Below, piece after piece: positions 29,858-39,774 of a stretch of 64,000 nt of DNA. The notes beneath the pieces were generated by a model, which was given only the letters and a program-made list of their open reading frames with translations, was not told the origin of the DNA and did no database searches. The DNA is from a virus, in IMG/VR virus record IMGVR_UViG_3300044641_007991, positions 10,281 to 74,280 of that record; one strand, 5' to 3'. Position 1 is the first letter of the stretch. Every line of letters begins with the position of its first letter. The translations under genes were made by a program, and so were the position numbers.

Positions 29858-30066
29858 TTAATCCATTTTGTTAATCTAAACGAAGTTTCCTCGCGAATTA
29901 ACTCACCATCAATATCATATGAATTCGGAATATCTATTCTTATTCCTTCAACCATCGCTCCCCACTCAGACATTTGAACATCAACATCTATTTCGGCATC
30001 ATATTTTTTTAGTAATGTTTTTAAATCTTGTTTAAAATTTTTCCTTACAATATCGGCTGTTTGCAT
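29842..30066 (-). CDS. Hypothetical protein
   Basis: ORF with RBS. Confidence 0.55.
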   Translation of the reverse strand: MQTADIVRKNFKQDLKTLLKKYDAEIDVDVQMSEWGAMVEGIRIDIPNSYDIDGELIREETSFRLTKWINWETL

Positions 30067-30175
30067 AATAACCTTAAAAGAAGAACCCCAGATTTCCTGG
30101 GGGTTTTAATAAAAGCGACATCAACGAAAATCGCCTATAATACTCCATTAATTATTTTCATTATTGGAGTTGAAC

Positions 30176-30499
30176 CTAAATCAGGACAGTAGCTTCGTCC
30201 ATATAAAAATTTCGTTCTTTACCTTCAGGTAGATCATCAGTAAAGAAGCCAAGGTATTTAGTACCAAATACAATTTCTTTGTAATTATCTTGTAAAAATT
30301 TACTTGCAAATTCAGGATAATTTAATTCCGCATTTTTATCAATTTTGTAATAATATTCAACACATCTTTCAATTCTAGCAGCTTCAGCGTCAATGTTTTC
30401 GTTATCTAATGGTTCATTGTTTTCTTTTAAAGAAGCAAATGCAATAATAGTAAATGCTTTTTGTAAGCCTTCAACAGATGGTGATTTAATTTTAGTCAT
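30176..30499 (-). CDS. Hypothetical protein
   Basis: Own promoter (30637) and downstream hairpins. Confidence 0.65.
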   Translation of the reverse strand: MTKIKSPSVEGLQKAFTIIAFASLKENNEPLDNENIDAEAARIERCVEYYYKIDKNAELNYPEFASKFLQDNYKEIVFGTKYLGFFTDDLPEGKERNFYMDEATVLI

Positions 30500-30855
30500 A
30501 ATATAATTTATTTAGAATTTATTAGCGGGAACCGAAACTCCCGCGCAATTAACAAAAGCTCTAGAATTACCTAGACAATTCTAGATTACCGTTTTCAACA
30601 ACAGACAATACAATTATAACGTATTTTGTCTGGAAGGTCAAGCACTTCTATGGTTTTTCAGTAATAAATTCAGCAAGTTCTGGGTGATTGTCTACGAAAT
30701 TTTGATCAAGCGTTATCCCCAATGAAGATAAGATAAAACTCAATTCCTCAAGAGTTGTTACTCTATCAAATGCAAATTCGTATAATTTCATTTCTAACGG
30801 TTTAGTTTCTTCTAACATTTTTACCTCATTTTAGTTTAAATTAATCGTGTTAATA

Positions 30856-31371
30856 TTAGTCATGACTATACTCTTCTACATCAAAACCATCACGGGTTGC
30901 GATAACTTTACTGTGGTTATCGAACATTGCTAACATAACATCCTCAAATTCCGAACTCTGAATCATGCTAGAGAATAAATCACATGATTCTACATCAACT
31001 GCAGGACCAGCTAAGATTTTTCGTCTATCTGATTCATAATAATCTCGATCGCTGTTTAATGCATATTTTAAATTATCTACAGCCCAAATATCATCGTTAT
31101 CTCCGTCATATTCACCATAACCAGTAACATCACGTAAATCGTCGCCTGTAGCATTGGTAAATGTTGGATCATTAACGTTAAACACACACTCTTCGCCATC
31201 GTTCCAATAAGGTGTATACTGAGTCCAAACAACAGCATTAATACCTGGATTCAAATTAAAAAATTCTGTAGTGGTTTCTTTAAACAAAGCCTGAGCTTGT
31301 TCTTGGAATTGACGTTGTAATTCACGTTGATCCGCAATTAATTTATTATATTTTTGTTGTAATTCGCTCAT
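30856..31371 (-). CDS. Conserved phage protein (WTQYTPYWNDGEEC...EEYSHD)
   Basis: Recognisable large-phage motif. Confidence 0.75.
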   Translation of the reverse strand: MSELQQKYNKLIADQRELQRQFQEQAQALFKETTTEFFNLNPGINAVVWTQYTPYWNDGEECVFNVNDPTFTNATGDDLRDVTGYGEYDGDNDDIWAVDNLKYALNSDRDYYESDRRKILAGPAVDVESCDLFSSMIQSSEFEDVMLAMFDNHSKVIATRDGFDVEEYSHD

Positions 31372-31459
31372 ATTATTTTACCCTTTTAAATTTAAAAATT
31401 GTTAACCAAACAGCAGTTGATATAAGAATACCTGCTAACATAGCAATAAAGATCATGTG

Positions 31460-31768
31460 TTACTCCAATTGAGATTCATCAAATTCCGGAAATGAAAGTT
31501 CAGCTCTATCATATTTCACGAGACCGTTTTTAAAATACTTCCGCCAAATATCACCCGATTCCTCACCTTCACCAGTTAAAATAAACAGAATATCCGGATA
31601 TTCCTGAGAAATAACTTCCATATGGTGGTCATGCTCATACCATTTAACATCAGGTAAGGTTAAATCATCGTCCCAACCATACCCCGAAACTTCTGATAAT
31701 CTTGCAACTAAAGTTTCTTGATCTAAATCGCCTTTATATCCTAATTTGTAGTGCGTGTAATATCCCAT
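31460..31768 (-). CDS. Conserved phage protein (KWYEHD..S..YPD..F.L.GEGEE.GDIWR.YF.NG)
   Basis: Motif and RBS. Confidence 0.75.
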   Translation of the reverse strand: MGYYTHYKLGYKGDLDQETLVARLSEVSGYGWDDDLTLPDVKWYEHDHHMEVISQEYPDILFILTGEGEESGDIWRKYFKNGLVKYDRAELSFPEFDESQLE

Positions 31769-31771
31769 GTT

Positions 31772-32125
31772 TTAATCCACCAATTTAATATGTTTTCTGT
31801 TATGTTTAACCGAGCCACTCATCCATGGCTGAATTTCCATGTTATTCAAATAATGTTCCATTGTGGGAAGGAAGCCAAGGTCGGCAATAATATGCAGTTC
31901 TGCAACATCTCTAGGGCTATATTCTTTTCCATCACTATTAATTCTAGTCCTACCAAATACTTGTTCAACAATAAAACAACCAAAAGCAGAGTGTAGGATA
32001 GCTCTGTGACGAACATCCGCTACTGCAGCTTTAGATGAATCAATAAAATCATCAATATCAGCGTAATCCGCAGGAACACCTCCGAATTTTTTCGCCGCGA
32101 TTTTGCTGTGTAAGTACGGTTTCAT
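31772..32125 (-). CDS. His-rich conserved phage protein (DUF6915-like)
   Basis: PYLHS..KKFGG..DY..IDSSK..RHRAILHS.FG..ELHI..DLG. Confidence 0.75.
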   Translation of the reverse strand: MKPYLHSKIAAKKFGGVPADYADIDDFIDSSKAAVADVRHRAILHSAFGCFIVEQVFGRTRINSDGKEYSPRDVAELHIIADLGFLPTMEHYLNNMEIQPWMSGSVKHNRKHIKLVD

Positions 32126-32799
32126 TTTCTGCGACTCGAACTAGAAAAACTGCTAGAACTACGAGATAATGCACTCATATTCATTGAAGAACTACGACTA
32201 GAACTCAAACTGGTGCTAGGTTTATACGAACTAGACTGACTGAGTTTATTCATGTCCATATAATTAGGTTTCGGAGCCGTTGCAATCGGTGCTGCAGGTG
32301 TTACTGGAGCCGCTTGATTAATGGTTACATTTTTGGTTACATTAGTTGTGCTACGAGTAGAATTGTATCTGCTATCGTACCCAGATGGTCTGCTATCATA
32401 ATAATGATTGTTGTTACCACCAGAGTTATTACTCATAGCACTACCAAGTGCATGTCCCACCAAACCACCAACCAACATATCAGTTACAGCTGAATGTCCG
32501 CTAGGTTGTTGAACTACCACAGGCTGTTGCGCAACTGCAGGCTGTTGAACGATAACTGGAGCTTGACCCTGAATTACAGGTTGTTGCGAATATTGCTGTT
32601 GTGCATATTGTTGCTGCTGACCCTGTTGTTGAATATAAGCATTTTGCTGCTCAATTTCTTGCTGTTGTTGAGCTTGCTGAGCCAAGATTTGTTGCTGCTG
32701 TTGTAGAATTTGCTGCTCACGTTTTTTCTGAGCTTCTTCAGGACTATCACCACAACCAACCAATGAAATTAAAGTCAATACCAAAATAATTTTTTTCAT
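32122..32799 (-). CDS. Gln/Ser-rich lipoprotein
   Basis: Lipobox LVGC, poly-Q, GGLVGHALG, SSR-rich tail. Confidence 0.75.
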   Translation of the reverse strand: MKKIILVLTLISLVGCGDSPEEAQKKREQQILQQQQQILAQQAQQQQEIEQQNAYIQQQGQQQQYAQQQYSQQPVIQGQAPVIVQQPAVAQQPVVVQQPSGHSAVTDMLVGGLVGHALGSAMSNNSGGNNNHYYDSRPSGYDSRYNSTRSTTNVTKNVTINQAAPVTPAAPIATAPKPNYMDMNKLSQSSSYKPSTSLSSSRSSSMNMSALSRSSSSFSSSSRRK

Positions 32800-32975
32800 G
32801 TTTATCCCTCAATTAAAATATGTACACATTCTGCACGGTGCATATGTTTGTATGCACCATTATCAATTTGTTCTAACAACTCAGCTCGACAGGTTGCTAG
32901 ATCAGGCATTTGTTTGTATGATACCTGTCCACTAAAAAATACAATCGCTAATACATAACCCATAATTTTCTCCAA

Positions 32976-33830
32976 TTAGAAAACTATCCCATCACATACA
33001 CCAATGACAAATAATCTCTTACATCTAATCTTGCCTTCTTGTACTGCTATAATATCATCAACTGATACCTTACAAAATAATATCTTTTCACCAGACTTAT
33101 TATTCCAATATTGAGCATTTGATACATGTAATCCATTGGCGCATGATTTAGTTTCATCTAAATCAACATCACCCACGGATACATAATCACCAATGACATA
33201 TTTAAAATTGGCATCATGTAATGAACTTAAATCTGCTCTGACATGTTTATAACAATAAATTTCGTTATTAAATGATTTTAATCCTGTTTGAGCCTCGATA
33301 TTCTCTAATATATTATCTTTATTAGTTAAATTATTGATTACCCTATTAAATGCTATATGCTGTTTTTGCGCTATTTTAGCATTGCCAGAGACACTTGCAT
33401 TGCCAGAGACACTTGCATTGTCAGATACCCAAGCATTACCAGATACATGTGCATTGCCAGAGACACTTGCATTGTCAGAGACACTTGCATTGCCAGAGAC
33501 ACTTGCATTGTCAGATACCCAAGCATTACCAGATACATGTGCATTGCCAGAGACACTTGCATTGTCAGAGACACTTGCATTGCCAGAGACACTTGCATTG
33601 CCATAGACACTTGCATTGTCAGATACCCAAGCATTGCCATAGACCCTTGCATTGCCATAGACCCTTGCATTGCCATAGACCCAAGCATTGTCATCATGGT
33701 TTAAATTAGATTCGGTTTCAACCCAGCCGCCAACATCACCAGCTTTTATATCGCCAAAATCTTTAAGTGCTTGAATTTGATATAAAGTTACGTTATTGAC
33801 TTCGATAGTAGTTGTTAATTTGTATTTCAT
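32976..33830 (-). CDS. Hexapeptide-repeat (left-handed beta-helix) phage protein
   Basis: IQALKDFGDIKAGDVGGWVE followed by about 17 (V)(Y/S)(G/D)NA(x) repeats; C-terminal CANGLH..GKIRC. Confidence 0.85.
   Translation of the reverse strand: MKYKLTTTIEVNNVTLYQIQALKDFGDIKAGDVGGWVETESNLNHDDNAWVYGNARVYGNARVYGNAWVSDNASVYGNASVSGNASVSDNASVSGNAHVSGNAWVSDNASVSGNASVSDNASVSGNAHVSGNAWVSDNASVSGNASVSGNAKIAQKQHIAFNRVINNLTNKDNILENIEAQTGLKSFNNEIYCYKHVRADLSSLHDANFKYVIGDYVSVGDVDLDETKSCANGLHVSNAQYWNNKSGEKILFCKVSVDDIIAVQEGKIRCKRLFVIGVCDGIVF
33376..33690. repeat. 18-bp coding tandem repeat
   Basis: Units such as GCATTGCCAGAGACACTT; includes a 90-bp higher-order duplication. Confidence 0.9.
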
Positions 33831-33865
33831 AATAAAATTCCTCATCAATTAAGTACAGTTATATT

Positions 33866-34390
33866 TTAACTGTTTTCTGATTGTAAGTCAAGCACTTTTT
33901 GCTGCTCTATAGCATCTCGTAAAATAGAATCTGTTAACTCATCAAGGGTAATCGCCTGTGCAGCAGCAATTTCTTCCAGAAGATCTAGAGATTTATCGGG
34001 CAAATTAACTGGAACCATGATTCTAGTATCGTATTCTCTACCAGCATAGATATGTGTAATCTTCTCAACGATATCTTCTAAGATAACATCTGTATAGGTT
34101 TGATCATCAAATGCTACTGTAAAATCAAAACCGCGATTTGCGTTTTCCGCTATAACTGCATCTAATTTATTTTCAGCAATCCAGCGATAAAAATGCCCAC
34201 GTTCGTAATCATATAATTCCAGAGAATATAATTCTTCAGTTTCTGTATCGAAAACACAAACAACATTCATGTTACTAGCGGGCGTATCTAGATCTAGGAA
34301 TCTAACATTTGAACCAAAACATTCCCACTCATAAGGAGTAGATTCAATAATTTGGTATTTTGCTACTTTTAACAATTCATCAATTTTCAT
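33866..34390 (-). CDS. Conserved T4-like hypothetical protein
   Basis: YQI.E...Y.W.CFG.N..LD..VFDTET..YRWI..YDTRIMVP. Confidence 0.7.
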   Translation of the reverse strand: MKIDELLKVAKYQIIESTPYEWECFGSNVRFLDLDTPASNMNVVCVFDTETEELYSLELYDYERGHFYRWIAENKLDAVIAENANRGFDFTVAFDDQTYTDVILEDIVEKITHIYAGREYDTRIMVPVNLPDKSLDLLEEIAAAQAITLDELTDSILRDAIEQQKVLDLQSENS

Positions 34391-34604
34391 AAAATTCTGC
34401 AACCCCAATAATAATATTAATACAACCACCAATCCAGTTTGAATAATATAAAAGTTTAAACACTACTGGATCATATCCATCTTTATTTTCGCGCATGTAC
34501 TCACACGTCCATGCGTTTAAACCTGCAATCAAAAAATTCATAATTTCACCTCAAGGTTATTATACCTTATTCCATGTTAGATGTCAAGCACTTTATCCCA
34601 CATA

Positions 34605-34628
34605 AAAAAAACCCGCCGAAGCGGGTTT
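34605..34628 (-). terminator. Intrinsic terminator
   Basis: AAACCCGC-TTCG-GCGGGTTTTTTTT on the - strand. Confidence 0.9.
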
Positions 34629-34629
34629 C

Positions 34630-34929
34630 ATATGTCCACTGGGGGAGGGGTTGCCCGCAAGTCCGGTGGCACGCAACAATAACAAATCAAAGAAAAGTCA
34701 GCAATTGACATGACAAAATACAACAAACAGCCATATAATTGGATCAAAAGACAAACAACAAAAGCCCACATATACCCTGAGAACAAATGACAGGTTTAGC
34801 AATTAAGCGATACTCAGGAGCACGTCAGGCAAATAACTGTATCTGGTAGCAAGTTTCCACTCGCTTCCAAAAAAATTCGTCAATTCTGGTTCTTTTCTTT
34901 AATCTGGGAAGAGTTTTCTAACCCTTGCC
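34630..34929 (-). ncRNA. Candidate structured 3' RNA
   Basis: ORF-free 300 nt between stop and terminator; AGCGAGT-GGAA-ACTTGCT hairpin, CCTGAG/CTCAGG stem, UUG-rich tract. Confidence 0.5.
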
Positions 34930-35496
34930 TTAAATAATTCCTTCCGATGTTAAGGTGGTTACATCACTATCGCTTAACTCAATCTCAGTTTTAAAGTTTA
35001 ACTCTAAGATTTTATCCTGAAGTTTTTGTTTATCTTTTTTCAAATCTTTAATTGATTTGGTATAAAAGTCAATATCTACTTGAGATAAAATACCTGTTGT
35101 AACTTCAGTTTTTGAGTAATATGAATCTTTTACTGCGCTATTTTTAATTTTATTTAACTGACCATTAATAACAGTTAAATCCGCTTGTAGATGAGTTGGA
35201 GCAATAAATGCTGATAATAAATTGATTTCTTTATCAAGCCAAGCTAATGTCGCTAAACAAGCATTAATATCAGAGGTTTCGTTAGCTGCTCCAACTTTAG
35301 TTCTAATTTCAACCAACGCTTCTAATAATGATAATTTACGAGAAACTCCAGTCATAAATGCGTCTTTGGCAGAGCGCAATACAGTTTCTGGATCTTGAAA
35401 TTCATTAATATTAATCTGAGCTTTCGTCTCGATTGATTTTAATACTTCATTAATAGAAGTTTGAATAGCATTTGCTTTTCTTAGTGTAATTTTCAT
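34930..35496 (-). CDS. Coiled-coil protein (MKITLRKANAIQ...K..LQDKILELNFKTEIEL)
   Basis: Helical heptad pattern, GAGG RBS. Confidence 0.8.
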   Translation of the reverse strand: MKITLRKANAIQTSINEVLKSIETKAQININEFQDPETVLRSAKDAFMTGVSRKLSLLEALVEIRTKVGAANETSDINACLATLAWLDKEINLLSAFIAPTHLQADLTVINGQLNKIKNSAVKDSYYSKTEVTTGILSQVDIDFYTKSIKDLKKDKQKLQDKILELNFKTEIELSDSDVTTLTSEGII

Positions 35497-35525
35497 TTTA
35501 ACCTCAACAATTTATAATAAAATTA

Positions 35526-35599
35526 GAATAATGCTGCCTGGGATTCGAACCCATATTTTCGTTAGTTTTCCGCACGATTTTCGCGTGGCAACATTATTC
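35526..35599 (-). ncRNA. tRNA-like leader element (not a complete tRNA)
   Basis: 13-bp closing stem, CACG/CGTG hairpin and T-arm TGGG-TTCGAAT-CCCA. No anticodon stem and no CCA. Confidence 0.55.
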
Positions 35600-35637
35600 C
35601 AAATACACAGTTATTGTACTATACTTAGGTAAAAAAG

Positions 35638-35958
35638 TCAAGCACTTTTTAAAAATTCTTCAGCAGCGACAATTCTAATCTCACCTTTACCTGCAGCAGA
35701 ATCCTCGAATTGTTGATAAATTTCGCTCATGTACATAGTCATGCCTTCATTTTCAGTAAAACCAACGTATTTGCTGCCGCTTTCATTAACAAAAGCATAT
35801 CCACTTTCCCATGTATCGCTATCAACAATTGCTGAACTTAATCTCCAGGAATCTCCTGAGGTAAATCCACCACGCCAACCAGCCAATATTTTATAGACAC
35901 ATTCTGCGGATGTTTTAATTTCTAGGATAACCCAGCGATCAGGAGTATAAGTGTTCAC
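35638..35958 (-). CDS. Conserved phage protein (YTPDRWV..YKILAGW.GG...DSWRLSS)
   Basis: Motif; the stop codon lies in a promoter repeat. Confidence 0.75.
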   Translation of the reverse strand: MNTYTPDRWVILEIKTSAECVYKILAGWRGGFTSGDSWRLSSAIVDSDTWESGYAFVNESGSKYVGFTENEGMTMYMSEIYQQFEDSAAGKGEIRIVAAEEFLKSA

Positions 35959-36322
35959 GATATTTAATTTCCTCTAAAATGGTATCAACAATTGCTGGTC
36001 TAACATAACCTAAATCTAATAGGGCATTCATATGAGCATCGGTCATTTCCGCAACTGAAATTACATGATAAGAGTCATCACCGTTTTTACCATAAGTTCC
36101 CCAAACAGGAATTTCTCTTTTAATTTCATGAGGATCATCAGTATAAACAGTGATATTTGTTGCTGGAACTCGATTAACAGAACTTCTAAAATAATCATAA
36201 CCGCCATCAATCATATAAGTTTCGCCATTTGCGTCTGTATATGTTTTATAATCGTGACGATGCTGACTACGCAAAATTGTACCATCTGGAGTTTTAATTT
36301 GACTCGCGTAAATAGTTCTCAT
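35939..36322 (-). CDS. Conserved phage protein (TPDGT.L.S.HRHDY..YMIDGG)
   Basis: Motif and RBS. Confidence 0.75.
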   Translation of the reverse strand: MRTIYASQIKTPDGTILRSQHRHDYKTYTDANGETYMIDGGYDYFRSSVNRVPATNITVYTDDPHEIKREIPVWGTYGKNGDDSYHVISVAEMTDAHMNALLDLGYVRPAIVDTILEEIKYREHLYS

Positions 36323-36657
36323 TATTCTACCTCAAATTCGTAATAAGATTTAACCAATTCCAAAAAATCATCCAGCGTTTTAATTGTAATTTCTGTATCA
36401 TTTTGAACAGCTATTGACCCAGTTTCCCGATTAACTTCATACAAGAACCAATCAATATCATACAACAATGTTGCGGGAATTAATTGTTCTTTTAAAAATC
36501 CAATTTCTCGACACAAAGAATTTACATAAGTATTCTCGAAAAATGCTGCATTAATTTCGCTAGGAACCGTATCAATCCAGGTATCACGGATTTGATTTTG
36601 TTTATCTAAAACCGTCAAAATTTTAACAAAATCGCTGTATTTCATATTCATCTCCAA
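36322..36657 (-). CDS. Hypothetical protein
   Basis: First gene behind promoter 36701. Confidence 0.65.
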   Translation of the reverse strand: MEMNMKYSDFVKILTVLDKQNQIRDTWIDTVPSEINAAFFENTYVNSLCREIGFLKEQLIPATLLYDIDWFLYEVNRETGSIAVQNDTEITIKTLDDFLELVKSYYEFEVE

Positions 36658-36714
36658 AAATTCAAATTATACAACTATTGTACTATACAACAGGTAAAAA
36701 GTCAAGCACTTTGC

Positions 36715-36744
36715 AAAAAAAAGCCCATCTATAGATGGGCTTTT
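36715..36744. terminator. Intrinsic terminator
   Basis: AAAAAAAAGCCCATC-TATA-GATGGGCTTTT. Confidence 0.85.
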
Positions 36745-36765
36745 CAGAGTTATAATAAAATTTTA

Positions 36766-37779
36766 TTATGCATCTGGGAATGTTAAATCATCAACTGCGT
36801 CAGTTGTAATAGAACCAGTTGCAACCAATGTTTCGTATTGAATACGACCAGCACGACCACCAGTTCCTACAGTTTTCTTAACCCAACCAGCATGAGCTAA
36901 TTTGCTCTTAGCAGTTGATGCATTACCAACACCTAATGAAGCAACAGCAGTAGCAGCACCACTGGTTAAAGTTACTTTATGAGCAGCACCAACACCAGCA
37001 CCTGTAATATCAGTTTGAACATTAGCAGTAGCATTTGCTAATGATTCTGCTAGAGCGAAAGCATTGTTCGTAAATTTAATAATATAATATGTATTACCAG
37101 TTGTTAAACCTGTTACAGAAGTTCCACCACCATTAGTATAAACAGCAGCATCACCTGTAGCAAATAAATGACCAGTATAATTGATTGTGTTTGAAATAGC
37201 ATTTGCAGCAGTTGCACCATTAAACGTAATATAAGGTGCACCGATTGTAACAGTTGGTGCGCTTGAATACGAATTACCAGTTGCAGTTAATGTTACATTA
37301 GCAACAGCACCACCGCTTACATAAGCAGTTGCTGCAGCTGCACCTGTTGAGAAAGTTACAGCAGGAGCTTCTACATATTTTGAACCAGCTGACTGAATCA
37401 ATACAGCAGTTACATTTGCGCTACCAGCATCAATTTCGCTAGTATCGACCCCATAAACAGTTTGAATTGAATCAAAACCGCTTACATTATCACCGTCTTG
37501 ATAAACATATTTTGGTTGTTGATTATGTTTTACAAACGAAATCGGTAAAGTTGTATTTGAAGTTCCTGTAAAAAGATCTGCCAAAGTTAAAATTGTGTTA
37601 TTAGAAATAGCAGCAATTCTATTTTTAGTAAATAAATCTGAGTGAATACCTAAAACATCACCAATAACTAAATTAGCTGTAAACTGTGTACCCACACCAA
37701 TAACTGTGTTCGAACCATTTGTAACGGAAACACTTGTTCCGTAAATAGTTTTTGCGTCGTAAATACCCCATTCTGACAT
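36766..37779 (-). CDS. Virion structural/fibre-like protein (late)
   Basis: Gly/Ala/Thr-rich beta repeats, C-terminal AHAGWV..GGRAGRIQYETLVA; TATAAATA upstream and terminator downstream. Confidence 0.7.
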   Translation of the reverse strand: MSEWGIYDAKTIYGTSVSVTNGSNTVIGVGTQFTANLVIGDVLGIHSDLFTKNRIAAISNNTILTLADLFTGTSNTTLPISFVKHNQQPKYVYQDGDNVSGFDSIQTVYGVDTSEIDAGSANVTAVLIQSAGSKYVEAPAVTFSTGAAAATAYVSGGAVANVTLTATGNSYSSAPTVTIGAPYITFNGATAANAISNTINYTGHLFATGDAAVYTNGGGTSVTGLTTGNTYYIIKFTNNAFALAESLANATANVQTDITGAGVGAAHKVTLTSGAATAVASLGVGNASTAKSKLAHAGWVKKTVGTGGRAGRIQYETLVATGSITTDAVDDLTFPDA

Positions 37780-37817
37780 TATTATTTCTCCTTATGAAAA
37801 AGACTGATTTTATAAAC

Positions 37818-37825
37818 TATTTATA
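37818..37825 (-). promoter_or_regulatory. T4-type late promoter
   Basis: TATAAATA on the - strand, 39 nt before the ATG at 37779; AAGGAG RBS. Confidence 0.8.
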
Positions 37826-37860
37826 GTTATAAGTGATTGTCTTTCATAGGAGACATAATA

Positions 37861-38298
37861 TCAAAAATTGCCTAAATCATACGACTCAGTTTTTGTTGGT
37901 GCAGGATAGAACACTAATTTATTTCTACCAATTTTTTCTGCATAATCGTGTGTATACCAAGTCCCACCACGAGTTTGGTGTTGCATCTGATATGGAACCA
38001 CAAACAACAAATCTACGGCTTGTACGATCGCTCTGTTACGTGCAAAATTGGTATTTGATTCAAGTATCACATCACTTGTATGCCATGCTCTAAGATCCTC
38101 TCCCACTGAAGGATACGCGATTGTTTTATAACCTAATTCCTGAGCAATTTCTGCTGCTTGAACATCAACGCCAACACAATCCCCATGATGAAATTCTGAA
38201 TCTGGATATTGTTCTATAAAATAACGTAAATTATTTTGTACTGTATTAAATTGGAAAACAGTCATTCCCGATCGAGTTCCGGTGATACCAATTTTCAT
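37861..38298 (-). CDS. SLOG-superfamily (DprA/YspA-like) protein
   Basis: IGITGTR, HHGDCVGVD, ARNRAIV, GGTWYT..YA. Confidence 0.7.
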   Translation of the reverse strand: MKIGITGTRSGMTVFQFNTVQNNLRYFIEQYPDSEFHHGDCVGVDVQAAEIAQELGYKTIAYPSVGEDLRAWHTSDVILESNTNFARNRAIVQAVDLLFVVPYQMQHQTRGGTWYTHDYAEKIGRNKLVFYPAPTKTESYDLGNF

Positions 38299-38480
38299 GT
38301 TGTTTCCTCTAATAAATCTCGTTCATCAATTACATAAAGATTTCTGGTATAACCCTCAACAAGGACTAATTGACGCCAGAGGTCTATGGGATACACAGCG
38401 TTGGTTACTCGCGCCTTGCCAGCGGGTTCGTGTCCGTACCATTTTTCCCAATAAGATTCATAAATTAATAAAGTTTTCAT
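38295..38480 (-). CDS. Hypothetical protein
   Basis: Overlapping operon ORF. Confidence 0.5.
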   Translation of the reverse strand: MKTLLIYESYWEKWYGHEPAGKARVTNAVYPIDLWRQLVLVEGYTRNLYVIDERDLLEETT

Positions 38481-38658
38481 GAGATTTAACTGTTAAAATT
38501 GTTCTAGACAGTTCAGGTAATGCTGCCAAATCATTTTCGCTAAATGTTTGTACAATATTATTAGCAAATTCGTTACGTTCGGTTTCAGTCATGTATCTCC
38601 AAATTAATTGGATTAATTGATAATCAAATTCAGTTGGTTCGGTTAAATTTTGAAACAT
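38458..38658 (-). CDS. Hypothetical protein
   Basis: Operon ORF. Confidence 0.5.
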   Translation of the reverse strand: MFQNLTEPTEFDYQLIQLIWRYMTETERNEFANNIVQTFSENDLAALPELSRTILTVKSHENFINL

Positions 38659-38915
38659 TATGTTTTCCAGCAATGATTAGTATAATCCCAATCTTGTTCG
38701 GTGTAAAAATCTAAACCAATAGAATATCCAAATAAACCTAGATTAATACTTATTTCGTTGGCTAATTGAAACGACAATGCAACACTAATAATATCCGAAG
38801 ATTTGTAAATTCCGATATAACAATTTGTCGTTTTTGTTATAGGATATTTAAATTCTTTAAGCGTTTTCCATGCAGTTTTATATGGATTAATTAAGGTAAA
38901 ATTAAAAGTAAACAT
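38658..38915 (-). CDS. Hypothetical protein
   Basis: Operon ORF. Confidence 0.55.
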   Translation of the reverse strand: MFTFNFTLINPYKTAWKTLKEFKYPITKTTNCYIGIYKSSDIISVALSFQLANEISINLGLFGYSIGLDFYTEQDWDYTNHCWKT

Positions 38916-39147
38916 TATAACCCCCAAAAGGCATAACATAAAGCTGCAGCAACTGCTGTGATTATAATAATCTCAATCAATGGAGCCTCCTTCTATATGT
39001 TCTACGACACAAATTGTTTCGTCATATCCCATAAAAATTAATTCATCTCGTACCATTTCTGACGTAAAAGTATTATGGAAATATACAGTATCAATTAATT
39101 CTAAATCACCACTATTAACATGAGCATAGACATCAAATACTCGCATA

Positions 39148-39555
39148 TTAACTCCAGCTACGATGACGTTCATGAATCGATTCCATACCATCATAGTCGT
39201 CGATTTCAAATTCGATAGATTCAGGAATTTCTACGATTTTTAATTCAGCAAAAGGTCCATTAGCAGTTTCGCCCAATTCTTCGATTACACGAATTAATAT
39301 TGGATCATCTCGCGGAATATCATCTACACTAAAATATAGTGCATTAGAAGCTGTAAATCTACCTGGACCATTTGGTGTTTTACAGTCTTCAGCATAGACC
39401 GCTTCATATTCTTCAGGAGGACACAAATAATATGAATCACAAATTTTATCAGGTACGTGATATAAGGTAATTCCTTTTAATTCGCCATATCTAAGTACAG
39501 CTTCGTTAGATAAACCAAAACCACCATAACGACGATTAATCGCTACTTTTCTCAT
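39148..39555 (-). CDS. Conserved phage protein (INRRYGGFGLS..RDDP.L..V.EELG..LKIVEIP..I.DYDG.E)
   Basis: Recognisable motif. Confidence 0.8.
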   Translation of the reverse strand: MRKVAINRRYGGFGLSNEAVLRYGELKGITLYHVPDKICDSYYLCPPEEYEAVYAEDCKTPNGPGRFTASNALYFSVDDIPRDDPILIRVIEELGETANGPFAELKIVEIPESIEFEIDDYDGMESIHERHRSWS

Positions 39556-39773
39556 AATACACCCTCAAATTGCTCATCATCAAATATAAAACCGCACAAA
39601 TTTAAATCCAAACTAACAGGAAAATATAATGTTTCTGCTGGACTTCCTTCATTAGCATAAAAATCATCATCTTCTAATAAGCGTTCAACAATATTTAGAT
39701 TTCTAAACCAACACATAGAACCGCTACCATCGCCATTATCTCTAATCAAACCATAAATTACTTGTTGTGTCAT
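39552..39773 (-). CDS. Hypothetical protein (D.GDGS)
   Basis: GGAG RBS. Confidence 0.65.
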   Translation of the reverse strand: MTQQVIYGLIRDNGDGSGSMCWFRNLNIVERLLEDDDFYANEGSPAETLYFPVSLDLNLCGFIFDDEQFEGVL

Positions 39774-39774
39774 A

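Noticed and set aside
33334-33709. Alternative-frame repeat ORFs (ALPETL, ARDTCI, HCQRHL, MQVSLA)
   Set aside because: Shadows of the 18-bp coding repeat in the hexapeptide gene.
35526-35599. Canonical tRNA gene
   Set aside because: The T-arm is good, but there is no anticodon stem and no CCA. Kept only as a tRNA-like element.
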